Shown here piece after piece: positions 1 to 9,520 of a DNA stretch of 64,000 nucleotides (positions are counted from its first letter, which is position 1; every line of letters starts with the position of its first letter). The stretch covers positions 2,109 to 66,108 of the forward strand of contig DATICB010000020.1 in assembly GCA_035457005.1 (NCBI GenBank), read 5' to 3'. This stretch comes from Patescibacteria group bacterium (GTDB lineage: Bacteria; Patescibacteriota; Microgenomatia; Levybacterales; UBA12049). Position numbers and translations under genes: made by a program. The notes below the pieces were generated by a model. That model ran no database searches, was not told the origin of the DNA, and saw nothing but the letters and a program-made list of their open reading frames with translations.

Positions 1-176
1 TTCTGAATCTTTGAAGCGGTATCAACAAATCGTTGTTCGCCTGTGTAGAATGGATGGCAATGTGAGCACAATTCAATATGAATCGTCTCTTGTGTTGAGC
101 CGAGTGTATATTTGGTACCACAGGACGCACAGGTAACTGTTGCGGTGTAGTATGCTGGATGAATTCCTTGCTTCAT
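1..176 (-). CDS. rpmE: 50S ribosomal protein L31 (Zn type), 3' end outside window
   Basis: Manual translation MKQGIHPAYYTATVTCASCGTKYTLGSTQETIHIELCSHCHPFYTGEQRFVDTAS; CHPFYTG signature; absent from ORF track. Confidence 0.96.
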   Translation of the reverse strand, partial: MKQGIHPAYYTATVTCASCGTKYTLGSTQETIHIELCSHCHPFYTGEQRFVDTASKIQ

Positions 177-212
177 ATGCTAATTATAGCACGAAATAGA
201 TCAGCAAACAAG

Positions 213-1121
213 CTATTTTTTTCTGAAAAACAGGTGGATAGGGTGATACTGTAAGCGCTTTTCTGCCACAAAAATGCCAAAAAAGACCAAAAAAGCACCA
301 AAAATAAAAAGAGGCGTTGGATATTCATGAACCAGAGGGGCTGCAACCAAAACAGCCACAACAGGATCGGTGTAGGTAAAAACAGTTGTTTGGGAGGCAA
401 ACATGTGCTTGAGCGCGAAATAATAAATAGAGTAGGCAAGAAAAGACGAGAAAAGTGCACCAAAGATAACGCCAACGATCCCGGGGTAGAGGAGTTGTGT
501 GGCAAGGCCATACTTTTCAATTTCGCCCGTTGCAGCAGGGAAGAAGGTAATAGTGCCAATAAGAAACGTCCAGAAAACAATCGTGAGAGGATCATAACGT
601 TTGGTAAGGGATTTAATGCAGAGCGTTCCGCCAACTGCGCCAAGAGTTGCTAAAACCAAAAAGAGATTGCCGGCAATAGATGCGCTGTGGGTTGTGTGAA
701 TAAGAGGCTCAAGAATAATAAGCAGTACTCCTGTAAGCCCAATAACATTCCCCAAAAGCATTCGCTTGGAAGGTTTTTCTTTAAGAAAAAGAATTGATCC
801 AAGCAAAATAAATACTGGGCCGCTGGATGAGATGATAGGGGAGTTAATACTTGCTGTTCGCTCGATACCCAGAAAAAATCCACTAATGTTCACACTTATT
901 CCTAAAAGTCCTGCCAAAACAAAAAGAGGGAAATCTTTTAGACGCAAAGGTATTTTTTTGGGAGCAAATATAACAACAAAAAAAATTGGAATAAAAAAAC
1001 GAAGAAATGCCAGGGTGAATGGATGGATGTCCTGAAGTGACCATTTAAAAATTGGTGCAGCAGCGCCCCAAATAACATTGGCAACAATAAGAGCAATAAC
1101 TGCTTGTTTGGACTTAGACAT
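213..1121 (-). CDS. DMT/EamA family transporter
   Basis: About 10 hydrophobic segments, IWG start motif, duplicated EamA pattern. Confidence 0.9.
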   Translation of the reverse strand: MSKSKQAVIALIVANVIWGAAAPIFKWSLQDIHPFTLAFLRFFIPIFFVVIFAPKKIPLRLKDFPLFVLAGLLGISVNISGFFLGIERTASINSPIISSSGPVFILLGSILFLKEKPSKRMLLGNVIGLTGVLLIILEPLIHTTHSASIAGNLFLVLATLGAVGGTLCIKSLTKRYDPLTIVFWTFLIGTITFFPAATGEIEKYGLATQLLYPGIVGVIFGALFSSFLAYSIYYFALKHMFASQTTVFTYTDPVVAVLVAAPLVHEYPTPLFIFGAFLVFFGIFVAEKRLQYHPIHLFFRKK

Positions 1122-1302
1122 AGAGCAGACTACTCAAAACTCAGATTAAAGGTTTTAGAGAATATATGTATTATGTAAGCAATTAAGCTATTCATCAAGA
1201 GGAAGAATTACTGCATTGCTTGAGAGCAATTATTCTATAGCATTGGCGGAGGCCAATTCATTGGCAGCAAGATTGCCTGGTGTTGGTAGATAGAAACCAA
1301 TC

Positions 1303-2517
1303 TTATTGCAGTTTTTTGATGACATCTGCAAGAGTGAGTTGCTGTTGGGTTCTTTCTTTTAAATTCTTGAGTGTTACCATATTTTTTTCTTTTTCCTCAG
1401 GGCCAAGAATAATAACGTAAGGAATATCTTTTTGATCGGCATATTTTAATTGTTTTTCCATTTTGGCATCAGACAAATAAAGCTCGGCATTTATATTATT
1501 TGAGCGAAGTTGAGAACTAATTTCTGCAGCGCTAGTTTCTAATTCTTTTGAAAAAATAGTTACCAATACTTTTGTTGTTGCATTCAAAACATCTTGCGGG
1601 AATAAATTCAGTGTGTCCATTGCCTCATATGTTCGGTCAAAGCCAAAAGCAAATCCAGCTGCGGGAATATCTTTTCCTGCAAACATGCCAATCAGCTTGT
1701 CATAACGACCACCTCCACAGATTGACCCAACAGGATATTCTTCTGTTTCTATTTCAAAAATCATTCCTGTGTAGTAATCCAAACCTCGTGCCAGTGTAGG
1801 GGAGAAAGAGAAATTTTCTTCGGAAATTCCAAGTTGTGTTAGTGCTTGAAAAATTTCCCGCAAACGCTCAGTTGGTTTTTTATCAATAATAGATTGCAGC
1901 ACATTTTTTGCTTCTTGCGCGTTTGCACATTCTCCTCTTGCAACTAATTCTTCCATAACACCGTCTTCACCAATTTTTTTCAATTTATCCAAAGTAATGA
2001 TTGTCCCCATAGACAAGCCTTCAAAAACCGATCTGTCATTAATAAGGACGTTAAATTTTTTAAATCCAAGCGCTTTGAGTGCTGTTGCTGCTGTTGCAAT
2101 AACTTCTGCATCGGCAAAAGCACTATCGATACCAACGGTATCAATATCGCATTGTAAAAATTCTCTATATCTTCCTTTTTGCGTGTTTTCTGCTCGAAAA
2201 ACATTTTGAATTTGGTAGCGTTTAAATGGGGTAGGGAGTAAATTACCATATTGTGCAACAAATCGAGCCAAAGGGACTGTCTGGTCATATCGCATTGCGA
2301 CTTTTCTTTTGCCATTGTCCTCGAATCGATACATTAATTTTTCGCCTTCATCGCCATATTTACCGCTTAAAATTTCGTCATATTCCAAAACAGGCGTTTC
2401 CATGCCTTCAAATCCATAGGACTCAAACACTTTCCTAAAAGTGTCTATCATATATTTTCGTTTTCTTGCCTCTGCTGGCAGAAAATCCCGAAATCCTTTG
2501 AGTGTCTGAATATTCAT
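1303..2517 (-). CDS. hisS: Histidine--tRNA ligase
   Basis: KGFRDFLP, RYDQTVPLAR, GRYREFLQCD, RGLDYYTG, GGGRYD motifs. Confidence 0.98.
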   Translation of the reverse strand: MNIQTLKGFRDFLPAEARKRKYMIDTFRKVFESYGFEGMETPVLEYDEILSGKYGDEGEKLMYRFEDNGKRKVAMRYDQTVPLARFVAQYGNLLPTPFKRYQIQNVFRAENTQKGRYREFLQCDIDTVGIDSAFADAEVIATAATALKALGFKKFNVLINDRSVFEGLSMGTIITLDKLKKIGEDGVMEELVARGECANAQEAKNVLQSIIDKKPTERLREIFQALTQLGISEENFSFSPTLARGLDYYTGMIFEIETEEYPVGSICGGGRYDKLIGMFAGKDIPAAGFAFGFDRTYEAMDTLNLFPQDVLNATTKVLVTIFSKELETSAAEISSQLRSNNINAELYLSDAKMEKQLKYADQKDIPYVIILGPEEKEKNMVTLKNLKERTQQQLTLADVIKKLQ

Positions 2518-2524
2518 GTTACTA

Positions 2525-2698
2525 TTATACCAAACCTTTCTTTCTTTTTTCTATTCTTCTTGTCCACTGAATACTTTCTCGTCTTCGCGTTTCTCGCTCT
2601 CTTAGCCAACTTTCTTGAGTTAGTCCATATCGTTTTAAGACCTCGTCTGGTGGAGGTGTAACTTGCGATTGACCCTCAATATTATTTTGATTTGTCAT
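2525..2698 (-). CDS. Small basic orphan, 57 aa (MTNQNNIEGQSQVTPPPDEVLKRYGLTQESWLRERETRRRESIQWTRRIEKRKKGLV)
   Basis: Manual translation; fills the gap, AGGAGAGG upstream, ATG 1 nt after preceding stop. Confidence 0.55.
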   Translation of the reverse strand: MTNQNNIEGQSQVTPPPDEVLKRYGLTQESWLRERETRRRESIQWTRRIEKRKKGLV

Positions 2699-2699
2699 A

Positions 2700-3245
2700 T
2701 TATCCTCTCCTGTTTTTTGCTAAATTAATTGCTGTTGCGACTGCTTCTGCTGGTGTTTTTGCCTCCACTATTGGCATGCGTTTTCGTCCATCAAAATATC
2801 TTTCTTTAACCATTTTATCTGTCCATCCGCCAAATCCAGTAAGTCCAACCATAGGAATTCCTGCCTGGTAAGCAACAGCGAGCTCATTTAATGTTCCGGA
2901 GCCACCAGAAATACTAATAATTACATCGCAGGAAAGCGCTAGCACAAACTCTCTTCCGCCTCCTCTATCAAGTCCTGTTGGTATGACAATGTCTGCATTT
3001 TCCATGACATCAAATGTTTTACCATACGTTACTCCAACAGCTAGCCCACCAGCCCTTCGTGCACCTCGGCAAGCTGCTTGAGATAGGGAAGACATATCTT
3101 TTTCTGCACCGAAAAAAAGTACAGCATCTAGATTTTCTCCAATTAGGCGTCCTAATTCTTCTGCCGCTTCTTCTGTTTTTTTTGAGTAATCAAGATCGAC
3201 ACATGATCCCATTACGCCAATTTGTATTCTTCGTTCGTTTTTCAT
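2700..3245 (-). CDS. LOG/SLOG family protein (TIGR00725-like)
   Basis: IGVMGS, AGGLAVGV, IPTG, GGSGTLNE motifs; start moved to MKNERR (GGAG upstream). Confidence 0.85.
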   Translation of the reverse strand: MKNERRIQIGVMGSCVDLDYSKKTEEAAEELGRLIGENLDAVLFFGAEKDMSSLSQAACRGARRAGGLAVGVTYGKTFDVMENADIVIPTGLDRGGGREFVLALSCDVIISISGGSGTLNELAVAYQAGIPMVGLTGFGGWTDKMVKERYFDGRKRMPIVEAKTPAEAVATAINLAKNRRG

Positions 3246-3258
3246 AATTTTCTCCATT

Positions 3259-3280
3259 AAAAAACCCGCTTCTGGCGGGT
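3259..3280 (-). terminator. Intrinsic terminator/attenuator ACCCGC-cagaa-GCGGGT plus U tract
   Basis: 6-bp GC-rich stem followed by T run on minus strand. Confidence 0.85.
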
Positions 3281-3306
3281 GATTAATTCTCAAGAAACAC
3301 ATTAAA

Positions 3307-3630
3307 TCACGCCGCCGATAGGGAAGCGTGATGACTTACTTTTTTTGATTTATTTATTCTTTTTAACATAAGTTTGTATCCTCCAAATGTTCCATGTAAC
3401 CACTTTGCAATTCGAGCAATTGTTGTACTGCTCATACCTGTTTGCTTGGTAATTTGCTCGTATGGTATTTTTTTATCAAGTAGTCTTACTACCTTCCATC
3501 TATTAGCAAATTCTTTTATTTCTGCTTCTGTTAGTAAATCTCGTAAAAAGCGCTTTGCTTCATCTTCTGTTTTAAGAAGCAAAACAGCTTTTAATAACTC
3601 TTTTGTGTCATTACTTTTTAAACCACTCAC
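3307..3630 (-). CDS. TrpR-like repressor, YerC/YecD (HisR) family
   Basis: FLRDLLTEAEI..RW and TGMSSTTIARIAKWL..G.GGY helix-turn-helix pattern. Confidence 0.92.
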   Translation of the reverse strand: MSGLKSNDTKELLKAVLLLKTEDEAKRFLRDLLTEAEIKEFANRWKVVRLLDKKIPYEQITKQTGMSSTTIARIAKWLHGTFGGYKLMLKRINKSKKVSHHASLSAA

Positions 3631-3672
3631 TTTATCTAAATAAAGTATAGTACTTTATCTTACTAAAGTCAA
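3628..3672 (-). promoter_or_regulatory. Sigma70 promoter TTGACT-17-TATACT overlapped by two palindromic operators ACTTTA-N6-TAAAGT
   Basis: CACTTTATCTAAATAAAGTA 3628-3647 and TACTTTATCTTACTAAAGTC 3651-3670; -35 at 3667-3672, -10 at 3644-3649. Confidence 0.85.
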
Positions 3673-3711
3673 TAGAGTAAAACAAGGTTAATTTTGCTCA
3701 AATAGAGAAAG

Positions 3712-4713
3712 TTAATGGCCGTCTTCGAGGAAGTGGTGGGAGATACGGTGAAGAATGACCAAGACAACAGCAATCACCGGAACAGCGAAAATAACACCAA
3801 AACTGCCTGCTATTTTGTAGCCAATAAAGAAGGAGAAAATAACAACAACAGGATGAAGTTTTAATGCATTGCCAACAACTCGTGGAAAAACAATATTAAA
3901 AATAATTTGCTGCATAACAACTAGTGAAATCAAAACAAATAGTGCTTTCCAAGGATCCATAAGAAATGCAATAGCAACTGGTGGGACAAGAGCAAAGAGT
4001 CCGCCAACAATGGGAATAATGGTAAGAATGCCTGCGATTAAGGCAACAGATGCTGCGAATCCAACGCCAAAAGCAGTCATAATAATCCACGTTGCAATGC
4101 CAGCAATAACGCCAAAAATAATTTGCACGCGAATAAAAGAGCCAAACGTATTATCTACAACTTCTTGGACGTAGCGTGCTTGTTCGCGATATTTTTTAGG
4201 GAGCAAAAAATAAAGTTCTTTATTAATATTATCTTTATCTACAACAAAATAAAACGAAGCAATAAGCACCATAATAAGGCCGACTAAAAAGCTTCCAATT
4301 GCTGGAATAAGTGTGAGCGAATTACCAACAGCAGTCAATGTAATTTGTGTTGCGCGGTTAACATAATAGGGGAATGTGTGTTGGTACTTTGGCAAGACTT
4401 TGACAAATGCAAAATATTGCGATGTGACAACAGGAATAAAATTAAAAATTGCAAATGCAAAAAGTGCAAAAAAGACAAGATACACAATTGCTGCAGCAAC
4501 TAATTTTGACGTATGCAGTTTTCGTGACAAAAATTCTACAGCTGGGCCTAAAATAAAACTTAAAATCCATGCAGAAAACAAAATAACCAATGCATCGGAG
4601 AAAAAGCCAAGAACATTCCAGACAACCTGCAAAACATAAATGCCCACTGCAACACTTGCCAAGACCAAGAAAGTGGTAATAAGTGTTGATTGTTTCTTCA
4701 GCTCGTCTAACAT
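3712..4713 (-). CDS. AI-2E (PerM/UPF0118) family transporter
   Basis: Hydrophobic; IPIVG, PRVVG..LKLHPVVV, GVIFAVP motifs. Confidence 0.92.
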   Translation of the reverse strand: MLDELKKQSTLITTFLVLASVAVGIYVLQVVWNVLGFFSDALVILFSAWILSFILGPAVEFLSRKLHTSKLVAAAIVYLVFFALFAFAIFNFIPVVTSQYFAFVKVLPKYQHTFPYYVNRATQITLTAVGNSLTLIPAIGSFLVGLIMVLIASFYFVVDKDNINKELYFLLPKKYREQARYVQEVVDNTFGSFIRVQIIFGVIAGIATWIIMTAFGVGFAASVALIAGILTIIPIVGGLFALVPPVAIAFLMDPWKALFVLISLVVMQQIIFNIVFPRVVGNALKLHPVVVIFSFFIGYKIAGSFGVIFAVPVIAVVLVILHRISHHFLEDGH

Positions 4714-4796
4714 AAAAAGTTAATAGTTATTGGTTCATCGTTTGTGTAAATAAAAACCAATAGCTATCAGCTAGTTTTATGGTAGTAAAAATGCGG

Positions 4797-5876
4797 CTAT
4801 ATTACAATAAGATCTTTCGAGGAATTTGTAAGTTGTTGTAATTTTTTATTGTGCAAAACATAAACATCTTCTATTCTGACTCCTCCCATTGTTGGATCGT
4901 ATGTTCCGGGTTCTAGAGTAAACACTGTATTCTCAAGTAATTTTTCTGGTGAATAAAGAGAAAGGGTTGGTGCTTCGTGGACTTCGAGTGCAACACCATG
5001 TCCTAGTGCATGTGGGTAAACAGGGAAATGCTTTTCTTCCAAAACATCTCGAGCTATCTTATCGACATCTTTTACCAAAATATCTTCTGACATGTGGTTT
5101 TGAATGTAGCCAGCTGCTGCCTGCTGGGATTTCTTTACTGTTTCGTAGAGAGTTCGTTGGTTATCTGTTGGGCTGCCAAAAAAAACAGTTCTGCTCATGT
5201 CAGAAAGATAATTATTATACTTTAATCCAAAATCAAGAAGAACAAAGCTATTTTTTGTCAATTTTTCATCACTTGTCATGTGATGGGGGACAGCAGAGTG
5301 TCTTCCAAATGCAACAATACTTGGGAATCCAATATCTGCTCCAATGTCTTGGGCAATTGCTGTCATTTTTGCTGAAATTTCCAACTCGCTAACGCCTTCC
5401 TTGAGAAAGGGAATTGTTTTTTTAAAAACAACATCTGTTAGCTCACACGCTTTTTGTATTGCTGCAATTTCGTCTGCATCTTTTTGTAAACGGAGGTTTC
5501 GAAGACTCACGCTTTTTAGTTGTACTTTTTCATCTTGCAAGTCGTAATATTCGGCAACACGTAAATCTTTTTCCTCAAATCCAATGACTTTTAAATTTTC
5601 CTGTGTGACAATTTTTTTTACCATTTGTGCATACCAAACATCGGGCGATGTCTCCAAGACAGCAAGATCTGGAGTAAACTTTCTTGCCGCCTCTGTATAC
5701 AAAGGACTGGTAATAAGGTATGTGCTTTTGTTTGTGACCAATAAAAATCCATCATGGTCGACTAAAAATCTGTTAAATCCAGATATATAAAAAATATTGC
5801 TTGTTGAAGAAATAAGAAAGCCATCAACCTGTGTCTGCTCACAGATTTCTCGCAAATGGTCAAGGCGATTATTCAT
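4797..5876 (-). CDS. Xaa-Pro aminopeptidase (M24B)
   Basis: PHH, DFG..YLSDMSRT, HALGHGVALEVHE, EPGTY, GGVRIED. Confidence 0.95.
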   Translation of the reverse strand: MNNRLDHLREICEQTQVDGFLISSTSNIFYISGFNRFLVDHDGFLLVTNKSTYLITSPLYTEAARKFTPDLAVLETSPDVWYAQMVKKIVTQENLKVIGFEEKDLRVAEYYDLQDEKVQLKSVSLRNLRLQKDADEIAAIQKACELTDVVFKKTIPFLKEGVSELEISAKMTAIAQDIGADIGFPSIVAFGRHSAVPHHMTSDEKLTKNSFVLLDFGLKYNNYLSDMSRTVFFGSPTDNQRTLYETVKKSQQAAAGYIQNHMSEDILVKDVDKIARDVLEEKHFPVYPHALGHGVALEVHEAPTLSLYSPEKLLENTVFTLEPGTYDPTMGGVRIEDVYVLHNKKLQQLTNSSKDLIVI

Positions 5877-5932
5877 AGCTTATATTTTAGCATGTTCTTT
5901 CGTTCTGACAAAAGAACCAAAGTCTGCCAAGC

Positions 5933-6700
5933 TTATTTCGTAATTGGAGTGAGAGTTTTACCACTCCCGGTTGATGGGGTAATGGGGGCAATATCGGTTG
6001 GGTTAATTAATGTGATTTTTGGATTACTTTTTAAATCTGGGAAAACAAGAATTCTTGATGCAACAATAAGGTTTTTATTTTTAGCGTCTGGAAACCCGAC
6101 AACAAGTACACGGATTCCTGGAGATAATTTAGAAAATCCTGACTTTGCCACACCTGCTGCACTGGTATACGCATTTGTTTTGGTAATATTCTCGACGTCT
6201 ATTGCAATAGACTGGTTGTCAACAGTTGCAATGGTAAAAGTAAAATTGTCTTTATCAACAGTCAGCACTGCTCCTGAAAAAATTTGAGGAAGTTTTAGCA
6301 CATCAATCCAGCGTGCAAGAAGTCTTCGTGAGTCTTTATTATACAGTCCGATAACACCAACAAGTTGCCCTTTTGAAATGTCAGAAATGCCAAAAGACGA
6401 TTTTGCAGACGGGGAAGAAAATTTAGTCAACTCGTCAACATCAACAATTCTATCTGCTCCTTGCATGTCAGTCAGAGTAATTTGTGTTTCGGAGACATCA
6501 CTGACTGTCCCAATAAATCCTTTTTTCTCAACTAAGTTTAATTGTGCAACTCGTGAGGCAATTCTATCTTTAAGATTATTAATTTGTTGCTCGCTTTGGC
6601 TTACCGATGCTGTTGGGGTGGGTGTAGTCGCTGCAAATACAGATTGCATAGAAAGTACACAAAGAAATAATAAAAGAAGTCCGCTCGTAATTTTTTTCAT
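5933..6700 (-). CDS. Secreted protein with two repeated beta-rich (DUF5666-like) units
   Basis: Signal peptide ending VFA, TPTP linker, repeated G.V..V...T units. Confidence 0.7.
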   Translation of the reverse strand: MKKITSGLLLLFLCVLSMQSVFAATTPTPTASVSQSEQQINNLKDRIASRVAQLNLVEKKGFIGTVSDVSETQITLTDMQGADRIVDVDELTKFSSPSAKSSFGISDISKGQLVGVIGLYNKDSRRLLARWIDVLKLPQIFSGAVLTVDKDNFTFTIATVDNQSIAIDVENITKTNAYTSAAGVAKSGFSKLSPGIRVLVVGFPDAKNKNLIVASRILVFPDLKSNPKITLINPTDIAPITPSTGSGKTLTPITK

Positions 6701-6703
6701 AGT

Positions 6704-7156
6704 TTAAAAATCTTCTGTTGTCACATTAACAGTAAGCACTTTTTGGCTTTCCGATCCGTCAGGCATAACAGCGAGAAGAAAAATTCTATTTTCGCCTGTT
6801 GCAAGAGTGACGGTAAGGGAAAATGCACCACTGCTGCTTGGTTTGACAACGGTATCTGTGGTATCTGTTGTTACTACTATAGTTGCTTGTGGTTGGGTTT
6901 TACCACTTACGGTGACAATTTTAGACGAGGTAACAGATTCGTCTGCAGGACTGTCAACAGAAAGGGGAACGGCATTCACGTCTGGTGTTGGTTTTTGCAA
7001 TGTAATGGTTTTGATATTACTTGGAGAAATGGTTTGGGTTGTCTGATAAATATAAAATGCAATACCAGCTACAAAAAGTCCTGCAAAAACTCCAGCAATA
7101 GCAAGTATAATTTTTTCAATTCTCATATATTTGGAGGAGTACGATGTGTAGGACAT
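6704..7156 (-). CDS. Membrane-anchored protein with Ig-like domain
   Basis: One N-terminal TM; PL.V.SP.D, V.G.T.P.ATI, G.F...V.L..GEN pattern; start may be 7126. Confidence 0.75.
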   Translation of the reverse strand: MSYTSYSSKYMRIEKIILAIAGVFAGLFVAGIAFYIYQTTQTISPSNIKTITLQKPTPDVNAVPLSVDSPADESVTSSKIVTVSGKTQPQATIVVTTDTTDTVVKPSSSGAFSLTVTLATGENRIFLLAVMPDGSESQKVLTVNVTTEDF

Positions 7157-7211
7157 AATACGTCAACATGTCTTACTTGTCAATCAAACTCCTCTTTGCT
7201 AGTATAGAGAA

Positions 7212-7721
7212 ATGGAAATTGCATACAGTGACGGAGGACTAAGAATAAAAGGTAAGCAAGTAACACTCGCAACACAGCTTGGAAAAAGTAAAACACCAAC
7301 AGATGCGGTTATTCTTTTAGGAAAAAATCATGCAACAGAATTTTTTAGCAATGATGCAGGTGTTGTCTTCCAGGGTGCAGGCGAATACGAAATTAAAGGA
7401 ACAAAAGTAACAGGATTTAAAGCAGGCGAATCGGCAATGTATACTATTCGACTCGAAGGTCTGAGTCTTTTTGTGGGATATGTCTCTGGTGCAGTTGCCA
7501 TGAAAGATAAATTGCACGAGCATGATATTGCAATTTTATTGGCAGATGATGTACTTCCGGAATCAATTATGGGCATATTGAATGCGAGAGTTGTTATTTT
7601 TGCCGGAGAAAAAACAGCAGAAAATGCAAAAGCATTTGAAAAAGAAGGGGCAACTATTAATAAATATGCAATAACAAAAGACAAATTGCCCGCAGAAACA
7701 GAATTTGTTTTCTTAGGATAA
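7212..7721 (+). CDS. Degenerate MBL-fold (lactamase_B_3-like) protein
   Basis: GAGEYEIKG..V.G motif; lacks HxHxDH; TGnTAGTAT 6 nt before ATG. Confidence 0.65.
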   Translation: MEIAYSDGGLRIKGKQVTLATQLGKSKTPTDAVILLGKNHATEFFSNDAGVVFQGAGEYEIKGTKVTGFKAGESAMYTIRLEGLSLFVGYVSGAVAMKDKLHEHDIAILLADDVLPESIMGILNARVVIFAGEKTAENAKAFEKEGATINKYAITKDKLPAETEFVFLG

Positions 7722-7781
7722 TTTTTTCATCTTTGACCTCTTGTTTTTCATGGGAATTGATATACTATTAGTAGTACTTTT

Positions 7782-9128
7782 ATGCTAAAAACAAAAGTTC
7801 CCCCACATAATTTGGAAGCAGAAAGCTCGGTCCTTGGTGCAATTCTTATTGATAAAGATGCGATTAATGTTGCCTCAGAAATTTTATTGCCATCGGATTT
7901 TTATGACGACAAAAATGGAGCAATTTTTCAAGCAATGCTTTCGTTGTATGAAGTAAGAAATCCGATTGATGTTGTCACGCTTTCATCGGAGCTGAAAAAA
8001 CAAAAAGCAAGCGATTTGGTTTCAAGTTCATACATTACCGAATTAGTAAATAGTGTTCCAACAGCGGCAAATGTCGAGCATTATGCACGACTTATTAAAG
8101 ACCAATCAATAAAACGTCGTCTTATTCATTTGGCAGCAAATATTTCTAATGAGTCTTTTAATGAAGAAAAAGAATTGCGCGAAGTTATCGAGACAGCAGA
8201 ATCTGGCGTTTTCTCAATATCCCAGGGCAATACGGTGAGAGGATTTATTCCGATTAAGCAAAGTTTGGCAGCAAGTTTTGACAGAATAGATGAATTGCAT
8301 AAAAAAGGCGAAGGACTTCGAGGAGTCAAAACAGGTTTTGCAGATTTGGATCACATGCTCTCTGGTATGCAGGCTTCAAATCTTCTTATTTTGGCTGCTA
8401 GGCCAGGGACAGGGAAAACAGCAATGGCTATGAATATTGCTCAGGCAATTGCAGTAGAGAATAAAGTGCCAATTGGAATTTTTTCTTTGGAAATGTCACA
8501 AGAAGAATTAGTAGACAGACTTTTGGTCGGGCAGGCAGATGTTGATGCATGGAGACTTAAGACTGGCAAATTGTCCGAATCAGACTTTACCAAATTGTCA
8601 GAAGCAATGGGACAATTAGCAGATGCGCCGATTTTTATTGATGATACACCAGGTATTACTATTTCTGAAATGCGAACAAAGGCCAGAAGACTCCAGTTAG
8701 AGCATAACGTAGGTTTGCTCGTTGTTGATTATTTACAGCTGGTGAATCCTGGCAAAAAAGCAGAAAGTCGTGTCCAAGAAGTATCTATTGTGTCACAGTC
8801 TTTAAAAAACTTAGCAAGAGAGTTGAAAATTCCTATTCTTGCTCTTTCTCAGCTGTCCCGTGCTGTTGAGCACAGGGGTGAGGCAAAGCCGCAGCTTGCA
8901 GATTTGCGTGAATCAGGGGCAATCGAGCAGGATGCAGACGTTGTTATGTTTTTGTATCGTGCAGATCCAGACGCAACAGGAAGTCCATTGCCAATTAATT
9001 TACTTGTTGCCAAACATAGAAATGGTCCAACAGGAGAAGTAAATCTTTTATTCCGAGGAGACAGAATTAAGTTTTATAGCATGGATCATAAAAGAGAAGA
9101 CGCCACAACAAATCCTTCGGCAAATTGA
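7782..9128 (+). CDS. dnaB: Replicative DNA helicase
   Basis: PPHNLEAE, AARPGTGKT, DYLQL, LSQLSR, DLRESGAIEQDAD, KHRNGPTG. Confidence 0.99.
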   Translation: MLKTKVPPHNLEAESSVLGAILIDKDAINVASEILLPSDFYDDKNGAIFQAMLSLYEVRNPIDVVTLSSELKKQKASDLVSSSYITELVNSVPTAANVEHYARLIKDQSIKRRLIHLAANISNESFNEEKELREVIETAESGVFSISQGNTVRGFIPIKQSLAASFDRIDELHKKGEGLRGVKTGFADLDHMLSGMQASNLLILAARPGTGKTAMAMNIAQAIAVENKVPIGIFSLEMSQEELVDRLLVGQADVDAWRLKTGKLSESDFTKLSEAMGQLADAPIFIDDTPGITISEMRTKARRLQLEHNVGLLVVDYLQLVNPGKKAESRVQEVSIVSQSLKNLARELKIPILALSQLSRAVEHRGEAKPQLADLRESGAIEQDADVVMFLYRADPDATGSPLPINLLVAKHRNGPTGEVNLLFRGDRIKFYSMDHKREDATTNPSAN

Positions 9129-9202
9129 CACATTGACAAAACTTCCCGCAGTCAGTTTTAATAAATATATAACTAGTTTATTTTAGGGAGGGGGTGAGTG
9201 CC

Positions 9203-9493
9203 ATGGATGATACAACACAAACAACACAGCCAACAGTACCAACAGACATGTCAAGCATGAGTGATGTTGCAGGGATGACCCCGCCACCAGCTCCTGTTAT
9301 GCCAGATCCTGTGTCATCAGCACCCACAGAGCCAAGCGCCATGCCAGCTGCTGCAACACCAGCACCAAGCTCAATGCCAAGTGCACCAGAAGGCGACGAC
9401 GAGGCATATGCTGCAGATATTCTGAATGAAATTTTGGATAGTCTGGATAGAATAGAAGCAAAACTCGAAGCAATGGAAAAAAAGCAAGGATAA
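9203..9493 (+). CDS. Pro/Ala/acid-rich protein with C-terminal coiled coil
   Basis: GGGAGGGGGTGA before ATG 9203; TTGACA-18-TTTAAT upstream; terminator downstream. Confidence 0.75.
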   Translation: MDDTTQTTQPTVPTDMSSMSDVAGMTPPPAPVMPDPVSSAPTEPSAMPAAATPAPSSMPSAPEGDDEAYAADILNEILDSLDRIEAKLEAMEKKQG

Positions 9494-9520
9494 AAATTGC
9501 TTTAAGTTTCTTGAAGAACT

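Noticed and set aside
1152-1181. GTTTTAGAGAA-tatatgta-TTATGTAAGCA resembles Bacillus dif
   Set aside because: Needs an 8-bp spacer and has a weak left arm in AT-rich sequence; the 20428 site matches motifs at the local xer gene better.
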